The notes beneath the pieces were generated by a model. That model did not search any database and had not been told where the DNA came from. It worked only from the letters and a program-made list of their open reading frames with translations. This document shows positions 10,048 through 17,622 of a DNA stretch of 64,000 bases, piece by piece; the first letter of the stretch is position 1; each line of letters begins with the position of its first letter. This stretch comes from Ignavibacteriota bacterium (GTDB lineage Bacteria > Bacteroidota > Ignavibacteria > UBA10030 > CAVZMI01). The DNA lies in NCBI GenBank assembly GCA_963776275.1, contig CAVZMI010000032.1:1-64000 (forward strand), in the 5' to 3' direction. A program made the position numbers and the translations under genes.

Positions 10048-10152
10048 AACTAACAGCAACAAAAATGTAAAATGAACCATACCGTTTACCGCAAACGATA
10101 TTGTTCGATCATAGCGGCAAACGGTACGGCATTTTTGTTGCAAATGTTAGGC
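10048..10152 (+). repeat. attC site (family A)
   Basis: R'' AACTAAC 10048-10054; arms GCAACAAAAATG / CATTTTTGTTGC; R' GTTAGGC 10146-10152. Confidence 0.92.
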
Positions 10153-10183
10153 GAAATAAGCCCTTAATGAAAGGAAGTACACG

Positions 10184-11005
10184 ATGGATGAAAAGAGATA
10201 TGGCAATCAAAAGTGTTTCACCACTAAAGCAGGAGGAAGTCTGATGGTAAGGTTGTTATCGGTTGTTCTTTCCACGACGCTTATCGGGGCAATGCTTTAC
10301 AATCCGGTATCGGCCCAAAACCCCTGCGAGGAGATAGGCCCCGACTGCAGAGTGCTGACCTCAGCCGAGGTCAAGGCTTTCAAGGAACTGGTCCTGGCGG
10401 TGAAAGTCCTGCTGCCGGTGCCCGACACGGCCCGGTACGCGCCCGACGGCGCGATAGAGGCCAGCAATATGCCGTTCGTAGCCGAGACGAAGATCCCGGG
10501 CGGGGTGATCACGGGAGGGTCCTGGCAGGCAGGCTGTTTCCCTATCTATCCGAACAACAGCCTCCACTTCGGATACGACGCCAAGGCCGCGCAGGGAAAA
10601 CCAGCCGACAAGGCGAAGGACCCGCTGGCCGCCGTCCAGGCGGCGATGGCCGTTATGGAAAACAAGATCGAGTTAAGCGTCTGGCTCAGGCCGCACCCGT
10701 ACCTGGTGAACGTCGAGGACGGTAAGACCGTGCACGTGCGCGACCAAGACGCGTACAACATCGAGAAGAGCGCCGAATTCCTTTCGTGGCAGACCGGCGA
10801 TGATAATGTCACGCTCAATATGATCTTCGGGCCGCGCACCGTCAAAGAAGCGGAGACCCTGAACACGGATAAGCCGGCCCCCAAACTTGCGCCATTAAAA
10901 TCGATCGAGCTAGTCATCGGCGGTCCCAAGGACGAGGTGGCCGCTCTCAAAAAGAGGATCGACCGCCATGCGTTCGCAGCGCTGCTGGGCCCGGTGGTGA
11001 AGTGA
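10184..11005 (+). CDS. Hypothetical secreted protein, GC-rich (cassette 9); start may be the ATG at 10244
   Basis: 273 aa ORF with a signal-peptide-like segment; visibly more GC-rich than neighbouring cassettes. Confidence 0.75.
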   Translation: MDEKRYGNQKCFTTKAGGSLMVRLLSVVLSTTLIGAMLYNPVSAQNPCEEIGPDCRVLTSAEVKAFKELVLAVKVLLPVPDTARYAPDGAIEASNMPFVAETKIPGGVITGGSWQAGCFPIYPNNSLHFGYDAKAAQGKPADKAKDPLAAVQAAMAVMENKIELSVWLRPHPYLVNVEDGKTVHVRDQDAYNIEKSAEFLSWQTGDDNVTLNMIFGPRTVKEAETLNTDKPAPKLAPLKSIELVIGGPKDEVAALKKRIDRHAFAALLGPVVK

Positions 11006-11200
11006 GTAGCCTGCAAGAAAACCCGTTATCGATCACGGCACGTTAAGCAAGATCGTTATCCCGATCATACAGCATTTAAACAAGTTCTTTATTGGGTTGA
11101 AAAGAAAGAGGATGCCTGTCAATATCCGCACCCATTAATAAGTGCCCGAAATGCGGAGCAAATTTGAAACTCGAATAATTAAAATTTATAGGTTTACTTC

Positions 11201-11279
11201 GCCTAACACGGGCTTTTCGGCTCACTCCGTTCGCCCAAATCGGCTATCGCCGACTTCGCAAAGCCTGGAAACGATAAGC
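11201..11279 (+). repeat. attC site with mutated R' core (GAT instead of GTT)
   Basis: R'' GCCTAAC 11201-11207; arms GGGCTTT / AAAGCCT; R' GATAAGC 11273-11279. Confidence 0.75.
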
Positions 11280-11333
11280 ACAATGCCCCACAATCCACAA
11301 TTACCATCACATCTAACACGAAAGGACACGACT

Positions 11334-11831
11334 ATGAAAACGCTCTGCAACTTAACCGTCTTGACTGCTTGCTGCCTGGCACTTCTTCTGCCCGCCTGCA
11401 CACAGCAACAGCCCGACACTCGTGCAGCAGACGAGGCAGCAATTCGCGCGACCGATGTCGCATTTTCCAAGGCAGTCGAAGCCAAGCAACTGGACGCTGC
11501 GGTGGCGTTCTACGCTGACGATGCAGTGGTGATGTTTGTGAATGTTCCGATGCTCACCACTAAGGAAGCCATTCGCAAGGCGTTTGGGGAATTTTTGGTG
11601 ATGCCCGGCGTAGCGATGAAATGGCAGGTTACCAAAGTGGAAGCTGCACGCTCAGGGGATTTTGGCTATGCCGTTGGAACGTATGAAATAACAATGAACG
11701 ACTCTAAGGGCAAGCCAATCACGGACCACGGCAAGTATGCTACGGTGTATAAGAAACAGGCCGACGGAAGTTGGAAAGCTGTCGTCGATATTTCTAATAC
11801 CGATTTACCTGTAACACCACCGTCAAAATGA
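11334..11831 (+). CDS. DUF4440/SnoaL-like (NTF2 fold) lipoprotein (cassette 10)
   Basis: AAAGGA RBS; lipobox LPAC; 'SGDFGYAVGTY...DHGKYATVYKKQADGSWKAVVD'. Confidence 0.88.
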   Translation: MKTLCNLTVLTACCLALLLPACTQQQPDTRAADEAAIRATDVAFSKAVEAKQLDAAVAFYADDAVVMFVNVPMLTTKEAIRKAFGEFLVMPGVAMKWQVTKVEAARSGDFGYAVGTYEITMNDSKGKPITDHGKYATVYKKQADGSWKAVVDISNTDLPVTPPSK

Positions 11832-11844
11832 TATTGGGCACTGC

Positions 11845-12092
11845 GCTTAACAAGCGTGGTTACGTCGCCCGCCTGCCCGCCGTAGCACTTCGTGCTCAGG
11901 CGGGCCTTCTTCACGACCAATTTCGTCGTGACTCCGGCGGGTAGACTCACAGCCGGTGTAGGCGGGCTCAATACCGCACCGGGGCAAGTATTGAATAAAT
12001 CATTCGCCCCGGCCTCTCCCGACAAAGTCGGGATCGGCCGAGGGCGAGCAAGTTATCGTCGCGGGGTTGCGTGTCTTTTCGACACGTTAATT
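11845..12092 (+). repeat. Enlarged attC site (248 bp) with palindromic inserts
   Basis: R'' GCTTAAC 11845-11851; R' GTTAATT 12086-12092; family-B-like CCGGGGCAAGTATTGAATAAATCATT core. Confidence 0.75.
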
Positions 12093-12214
12093 GCCATGCT
12101 CTCACCTCCATTCGAGGGTGGTGGCATTGACGTTAGTTCAGTTACCAACGGGGTTGGGCAAATCGGGCTAAGTGAAATCTAATCAGCCCCAAGACTCTTA
12201 AAGGAGTTCCAACA

Positions 12215-12694
12215 ATGAAGAATTTGTTCACTACTATAATCGTGTTGCTCTCATGGTTCATTCTCTTATCTTGCAAGAAGGACGAGAGTAATCCCACCCA
12301 AAACCCCACGACGGGCAATGTTCAAGGTATAATAACTTATTCGGGTACTGGTACACCAAGCGCAACTAAACTTTTAGTTGTAGCAATCTATCTCTTCAGC
12401 AATACCAACATGCAAGGCTCGCCAAATGGCTCAACAATCCAAGGTAGTAGTTCGTCAACATCACCATTTTCGTACTCTTTTGCTGTGCCACCAGGAGACT
12501 ATCATCTTATTACTATGTTTGATGCGAATGGTGATAATAATTTTAATTCAGGCAATACTGATCCATATTTGATTTACACACCAAACAACGCAACAGGAAC
12601 CGGAACATTTGGCACAGCTACTGCTAAATTCACTGTTATTGAAGGTCAGACTTTTACTACAAATGTTTCATTCGGAGATACGTACAAGAAATGA
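12215..12694 (+). CDS. Hypothetical lipoprotein, DUF2141-like (cassette 11)
   Basis: Lipobox LLSC; 'PPGDYHLITMFDANGDNNFN'. Confidence 0.7.
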   Translation: MKNLFTTIIVLLSWFILLSCKKDESNPTQNPTTGNVQGIITYSGTGTPSATKLLVVAIYLFSNTNMQGSPNGSTIQGSSSSTSPFSYSFAVPPGDYHLITMFDANGDNNFNSGNTDPYLIYTPNNATGTGTFGTATAKFTVIEGQTFTTNVSFGDTYKK

Positions 12695-12751
12695 GGTTCA
12701 GGAACGAACGTTCCGCAGCGGTCATTCAGCAATCGATTATGAGAGCACGGC

Positions 12752-12856
12752 AGCTAACAGCAACAAAAATGTAAAATGAGCCATACCGTTTGCCGCAAAC
12801 GATATTGTTCGATCATAGCGGCAAACCGGACGGCATTTTTGTTGCACACGTTATGC
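12752..12856 (+). repeat. attC site (family A), near-identical to 10048-10152
   Basis: R'' AGCTAAC 12752-12758; same GCAACAAAAATG...CATTTTTGTTGC body; R' GTTATGC 12850-12856. Confidence 0.92.
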
Positions 12857-12969
12857 AAAATTGTCGGTTGCTAAGACACGAATTTTGGCTTTTGGGTGCA
12901 AGACAACAATCGCGCGTCCTGCACTCGGAGAAACAAAACAAACAGAACCACTAACAATGGAGGTATATA

Positions 12970-14100
12970 ATGGCAGATAAGAAAGCGGATCTGGCAGGGC
13001 CGGGCATCAGCACTTATGAAGAGGTGGATAAAATCCTTCCCCACAATTATAAGGCGTTGTTGGGTCCCAAGGAGAGGATGAAGGCACTCTACAAAATAAA
13101 AAATTTCATTGAAGAGAACCTGTGCAAGGAACTCAACCTTTTTATGGTTCAGGTTCCGCTCATCGTAACCAAGGACAGCGGTGTCAATGATTACCTTGAC
13201 CGGGATGGTTCACGCACGCCCATTGAATTTCCTTGCGGGCTCGGTCTTGAAAAGAGAATCGAGACTCAGGTGGTCCAGGCGGCCACAAAATGGAAACGGA
13301 TGGCCTTGAAGCAGTTCGGCTGTGAAGTGGGTGAAGGGATTTGTACCGATATGAGGGCAGTTAGAAAGGACTACTTCCTGGACCATGACCACAGCGCCTA
13401 TGTCGATCAATGGGATTGGGAACGGGTTATCACTAAGGATATGCGTAATCTGGAATTTCTGCGGGATGTCGTCGAGAGAATCTGGTCGGTTATCTATGAG
13501 GCCGGTCAGATGGTCAAGAAAGACTTCCCCGGACTCAATACCGATAAATATCCGGATATACCAAAAAAGTTGGAATTTTTTCACGCGGAGGAAATCCTGG
13601 AACGCTATCCGGACTTCACCCGCAAACAGCGAGAGACAAAAATGGTCCAGGAGGTGCATCCGGCGATCTTTATCATCGGAATCGGCTATGTCCTGGAAGA
13701 CGGTTATCCCCATGAGATGCGAGCTGCGGATTATGATGACTGGATCTCGCCAACGATTAAAAAGAACGGAAAGCAGTTCCATGGACTCAACGGCGATATC
13801 CTGGTCTGGAATCCGGTGACGAAGCGTCGTCATGAACTGACATCCATGGGTATCCGTGTGACTAAAGAAACCATGGTGCAGCAGCTCAAAGAGGCCGGAC
13901 AGGAACATTTTCTACAGTTGCCCTACCACCAGGCGATCCTCAATGACGAGATACCATTAAGTATTGGAGGCGGCATCGGTCAGTCACGTACATTTATGTA
14001 TCTGTTAAGGACCGCTCACATTGGCGAGGTAAGCACCACGGTCTGGCCTGATGCCCTCAAGTCGATTTGCAAAAGAAAAAATATCCATGTATTGGAATAA
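12970..14100 (+). CDS. asnA: Aspartate--ammonia ligase (asparagine synthetase A) (cassette 12)
   Basis: 'HSAYVDQWDWERVI', 'RAADYDDW', 'GLNGDILVWN', 'ELTSMGIRV', 'PLSIGGGIGQSR...HIGEV' AsnA motifs. Confidence 0.95.
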   Translation: MADKKADLAGPGISTYEEVDKILPHNYKALLGPKERMKALYKIKNFIEENLCKELNLFMVQVPLIVTKDSGVNDYLDRDGSRTPIEFPCGLGLEKRIETQVVQAATKWKRMALKQFGCEVGEGICTDMRAVRKDYFLDHDHSAYVDQWDWERVITKDMRNLEFLRDVVERIWSVIYEAGQMVKKDFPGLNTDKYPDIPKKLEFFHAEEILERYPDFTRKQRETKMVQEVHPAIFIIGIGYVLEDGYPHEMRAADYDDWISPTIKKNGKQFHGLNGDILVWNPVTKRRHELTSMGIRVTKETMVQQLKEAGQEHFLQLPYHQAILNDEIPLSIGGGIGQSRTFMYLLRTAHIGEVSTTVWPDALKSICKRKNIHVLE

Positions 14101-14208
14101 ATATTGAGAAAAATCAGATGTTCGTTTAATCCAGGTTCAACTGCTTAGCGAGATTCAGAAAAAGGAAGGACGGCTTTTTTCCGCAAAGGATTATATTTAT
14201 TTATATTT

Positions 14209-14240
14209 GACAACGGCATACATTTCGCGGAACGTTAGGC
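14209..14240 (+). repeat. Deleted attC: R'' and left arm missing, right end retained
   Basis: GACAAC (matches cassette-12 5' arm ATTGTC) abuts GGCATACATTTCGCGGAAC, then R' GTTAGGC 14234-14240. Confidence 0.65.
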
Positions 14241-14299
14241 GTCATGTGGCACAATAACCAGTAAACCGAATAATTTCAAGAATGATATAATACTATTGG

Positions 14300-15205
14300 A
14301 TGTCAGATATGGAAGAAGAAATCAAAGCAAAAAAAACATTACATCTATTTTGGCGAAAATTTGGATTTTCGCTTGTTCAGATAATCATTGGCATTGTCAT
14401 AGTGAATGTTCTGACATTCTTTGTTCGAAGTATCGCCCAGATAATTCTTTCCGCTTTATCGGTTGAACACTCAACCATCAGGTCAACAGTTGTTTTTGTC
14501 GTTCGGTCATTAACGGTCTACTATGGATATGCGTTGTTTGTGAGGATTTCCGAAAAAAGAAAAGCCGATGAAATCGCCATCGATCGAAAATCTCTGACTC
14601 AATTTTTATCAGGAAGCGCTTTGGGTATACTTTCAATTGGAGTTGTTGTGGCGGTACTGTGGATACTCGGATTTTTCTCAATCGTTGGTACAAACAATTC
14701 GCCTACAATTTATGAAGACATTATGTTCCATTCCTTTTTCGCATTCATACAAGATGTGGTGTTCATTGTGATACTCTTTAGGATTTTTGAACAGAGTTTG
14801 GGAACATGGTTTTCAATGGTTGTAGCTTCGGTAATCTTTGGTTTTCAGCATTTGCTGTACCCGGGACAAACTCTCTGGAGCGCTTCGACTCAGACTATAG
14901 AGGTAGGTATTCTCTTCTGTTCTCTATTTATCTTGACGCGTAGAATTTGGATCATCTTTGGCTTTCACTTCGTCTGGAATTTTATTCAATATGCGATAAT
15001 TGGTTTTCCCGCTATGGGACATTCTCGGCCACTTTTCTTGTGTAAATTCTTCGGTCCAGATATCATTACAGGTTATCCTGTCGGATTTGAAGCATCTTTG
15101 CTGACATTTATTATTGGAACAGGACTGGGATTATTTTTTCTTAGGAAGGTATTTGTCCTTAAAAATTTCATTGAGCCAAAGTGGAAAAAATGGCCACACG
15201 AGTGA
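14300..15205 (+). CDS. CPBP (CAAX/Abi) family intramembrane protein (cassette 13)
   Basis: Multi-TM; FGFQH and HFVWN motifs; first motif degenerate (QDVVFI instead of EExxxR). Confidence 0.8.
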   Translation: MSDMEEEIKAKKTLHLFWRKFGFSLVQIIIGIVIVNVLTFFVRSIAQIILSALSVEHSTIRSTVVFVVRSLTVYYGYALFVRISEKRKADEIAIDRKSLTQFLSGSALGILSIGVVVAVLWILGFFSIVGTNNSPTIYEDIMFHSFFAFIQDVVFIVILFRIFEQSLGTWFSMVVASVIFGFQHLLYPGQTLWSASTQTIEVGILFCSLFILTRRIWIIFGFHFVWNFIQYAIIGFPAMGHSRPLFLCKFFGPDIITGYPVGFEASLLTFIIGTGLGLFFLRKVFVLKNFIEPKWKKWPHE

Positions 15206-15274
15206 AAGATACATGCTAACCGTCGAATAGAATTTACTCCATATGCAATGCGAACAGATGCCAGGTGCCGCACA

Positions 15275-15311
15275 ACCTAATCAAATTTCTTGGAAAGCAG
15301 AGACGTTATAT
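15275..15311 (+). repeat. Degenerate terminal attC
   Basis: GTGCCGCACAACCTAAT imperfectly complements cassette-13 start GTTAGGCGTCATGTGGCAC; GTTATAT at 15305-15311. Confidence 0.5.
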
Positions 15312-15327
15312 CCACAGCGCGATTTTC

Positions 15328-16242
15328 TCACACATATACACGCATTGCCTTGGGGAGAATATCGAACGAGGCTGGTGGTTTCCCGATCACTTCACCGTCT
15401 GCCTCGATAAAAACGTTATCATCTGACTCGACGAATACCTTCTTTGCTGTTGCATAGGTAACACATGGATGATCGATCGTTTTCCCTTTCATCAGGTAAC
15501 TGATTTTTCGAACGTAGGTTGGAATGCTGATATCACCGAACACCGCGATGCTGAATAGTCCGTCGTCGATCTGTGCAGTCGGCGTGGGCGACAGCCCTCC
15601 TCCAAACCAGCGCCCGTTTGCAACGACCAGTGTAATGATCTTTTCTTCTTTCATCGGTGCCTCATCGAAAGAAAAACGGAGCGTCGGTTTTCTATAGCTG
15701 ATGAACGTCGATGTCGTTGCCGCCAAGAAGGCGATTCTGCCGCCGAACGGTTTCGAGCTTCTATTTACCTTCTGAACGACCATAGCACCGAGTCCGATAT
15801 CGGCCACGTTAAAGAACATTCTCTCGATTTCACCGCCGTCCATCCCCCGGCAGCGGATTCTGCCTACATCGCACAGCATCACGTTGCCCCGGGCAAGCTG
15901 CCTTATCGCCTGAGTAACATCACGAGAAATACCCAATGTTCGGATCGTGTCGTTTCCTGAGCCGCCGGTAAGGATTCCGAGTGTAGCCTCAGGGTTGATC
16001 AGAACACCGTTTTCGAAAAAGCCGTTCACTGTTTCGTTTATTGTTCCATCTCCGCCAAGAACGACGATATTCTTGTACCCTTCATGCAGGGCTGTGCGGG
16101 TCATTTCCGTGGCATGCCCTGGGGCTTCAGTGAATTGAAATTCTGTCGGATACATGTGGTGCTCGCGGACCTGCGGTTCAATGTCCTTCCAGTGGCGGGC
16201 GATCGTTCCGGCGTAGGAATTGATGATCAGTAGGTTTTTCAT
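15328..16242 (-). CDS. Diacylglycerol kinase family lipid kinase (YegS/DgkB-like)
   Basis: 'GGDGTINETVNG', 'GSGND', 'ANGRWFGGG', 'EADGE'. Confidence 0.92.
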   Translation of the reverse strand: MKNLLIINSYAGTIARHWKDIEPQVREHHMYPTEFQFTEAPGHATEMTRTALHEGYKNIVVLGGDGTINETVNGFFENGVLINPEATLGILTGGSGNDTIRTLGISRDVTQAIRQLARGNVMLCDVGRIRCRGMDGGEIERMFFNVADIGLGAMVVQKVNRSSKPFGGRIAFLAATTSTFISYRKPTLRFSFDEAPMKEEKIITLVVANGRWFGGGLSPTPTAQIDDGLFSIAVFGDISIPTYVRKISYLMKGKTIDHPCVTYATAKKVFVESDDNVFIEADGEVIGKPPASFDILPKAMRVYV

Positions 16243-16308
16243 CTGAAAGGGCTTACCCTCATTGTGTATAAGGAATATAGAGAAGCCTGGAATGAACTGC
16301 AAGAAGAC

Positions 16309-16337
16309 TTGCATTTTTTCCCGAAACTCGTTATCTT
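16309..16337 (+). promoter_or_regulatory. Putative sigma70-type promoter
   Basis: TTGCAT-N17-TATCTT. Confidence 0.5.
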
Positions 16338-16464
16338 CTTACAATTAGAGAGTATGGAAAGCGATTCATTTTTTATGCTTGCATTGTTAATGAATTACAG
16401 GGAATTACATTTTCCAAAACTTTTAATCAAAGCAACACCCGAAAATTTTCTCGAATAACATCAG

Positions 16465-16495
16465 GTGTCCCGACAAAATCGGGACACTTTTTTTT
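16465..16495 (+). terminator. Intrinsic terminator immediately upstream of the nif3 gene
   Basis: GTGTCCCGA-CAAAA-TCGGGACAC followed by T8. Confidence 0.75.
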
Positions 16496-16510
16496 CATAA
16501 ATGTACACAT

Positions 16511-17617
16511 ATGACAGTCGGCGATATCATCCGGATCTGTGAGCAATGGGCGCCCCGCGGGGCAGCATGGGAGAAGGATAATGTCGGACTACAGATCGGG
16601 ACCACCGGCAAACGGGTGCGAAAAATCCTCATTGCACTAGAGGTTACTGAAAGGGTGGTTCACGAGGCGATCCGGAAGAAGAGCGATCTGATTATCACTC
16701 ATCATCCGCTGTTTTTCCGGCTGCCGCGGGCACTGACTGATTCGACGAATCAGGGAAGAATCGCACGGGAAATCATCAAGCATGATATCTCCCTATATGC
16801 GATGCATACGAACATCGATCGTGTTCGTGACGGTGTCAACTGGACACTTGCCCGACAGCTCGGTCTTCAGGAGATAACCTTCCTCGAATCACTCGAAAAG
16901 TCGATGGTGAAAATCGTGACTTTCGTACCGCGTGAGATGACGGAGCGTATCTCTCAGGCAATGGCTGTGGCAGGCGCCGGAATTATCGGGAAATATAAGG
17001 AGTGTTCTTTTCGTGTCAAGGGTGTGGGAACGTACCGGCCAGATATCGATGCAAAACCCTGGGCAGGAACTCCCGGTCTGCTCGAAAGCGCGGAAGAAAT
17101 TAGGCTCGAAATGGTCGCACCTCGCTGGAATGTACCGGCTATAATCGATGCGCTGCTGAGCACACATCCCTACGAGGAAGTGGCGTACGATATCTATCCC
17201 GTAGAAAATAGAAGTCCGAATTACGGCATAGGCGCAATCGGAACTTTTCCAACTCCACTGCCGGCCTTAGCTTTTCTGAATCGTGTGAAAAAGAAAATTT
17301 CACGGGAAGGATTCCGCTATACAACGGGAAAAAAAAGAACGATCAGACGGGTTGCTGTTTGCGGTGGCAGCGGTGCAGAATATCTTGATGCTGCGATCCG
17401 TTCAGGAGCAGACGCTTTTGTCACTGCCGATATTTCGTATCATGTTTTTCAGGAAGCCGAAGGAAAGATTTTTCTCATTGACGCCGGACATTTTGAGACC
17501 GAGCGCGGTATTATTACTGCGATGAAATCGTTCCTTGAATCATCATTTCACCGCACAAAACGTTTGATTATTATAGAGACAACAGGTGTGCGAACAAATC
17601 CCATTTATTTCTCATAA
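16511..17617 (+). CDS. Nif3-like dinuclear metal centre protein (YqfO type)
   Basis: 'WEKDNVGLQIG', 'ITHHPLFF', 'HTNID', 'HPYEEVAYD', 'DAGHFETE'. Confidence 0.93.
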   Translation: MTVGDIIRICEQWAPRGAAWEKDNVGLQIGTTGKRVRKILIALEVTERVVHEAIRKKSDLIITHHPLFFRLPRALTDSTNQGRIAREIIKHDISLYAMHTNIDRVRDGVNWTLARQLGLQEITFLESLEKSMVKIVTFVPREMTERISQAMAVAGAGIIGKYKECSFRVKGVGTYRPDIDAKPWAGTPGLLESAEEIRLEMVAPRWNVPAIIDALLSTHPYEEVAYDIYPVENRSPNYGIGAIGTFPTPLPALAFLNRVKKKISREGFRYTTGKKRTIRRVAVCGGSGAEYLDAAIRSGADAFVTADISYHVFQEAEGKIFLIDAGHFETERGIITAMKSFLESSFHRTKRLIIIETTGVRTNPIYFS

Positions 17618-17622
17618 AGGAG

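Larger units (their letters stand above)
1..15311 (+). mobile_element. Integron-type gene cassette array (>=14 cassettes), distal end; integrase/attI not in window
   Basis: Co-oriented, unrelated ORFs of visibly different base composition, separated by imperfect hairpins that start with an R''-like NNNTAAC and end with an R'-like GTTANNN. The array stops at a decayed site just before the convergent backbone gene ending at 15328. Confidence 0.93.

Noticed and set aside
11020-11090. Imperfect ~30-bp tandem duplication with GTTA motifs after the cassette-9 ORF
   Set aside because: No R''-arm hairpin structure; too degenerate to call an attC or attI.
4467-12182. Short ORFs 4467-4670, 11892-12182 and the N-terminal extension 11142-11333
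   Set aside because: They run through attC sites, lack RBS or protein-like features, and better starts exist.
259-12856. Intergenic hairpins as simple terminators or IS ends
   Set aside because: They have R''/R' boxes, lack U-tails, and no transposase is present; attC explains them better.
13210-13908. 232-aa reverse ORF within asnA (and similar long antisense ORFs in carB and rimO)
   Set aside because: Shadow ORFs of well-supported genes with no recognisable motifs.
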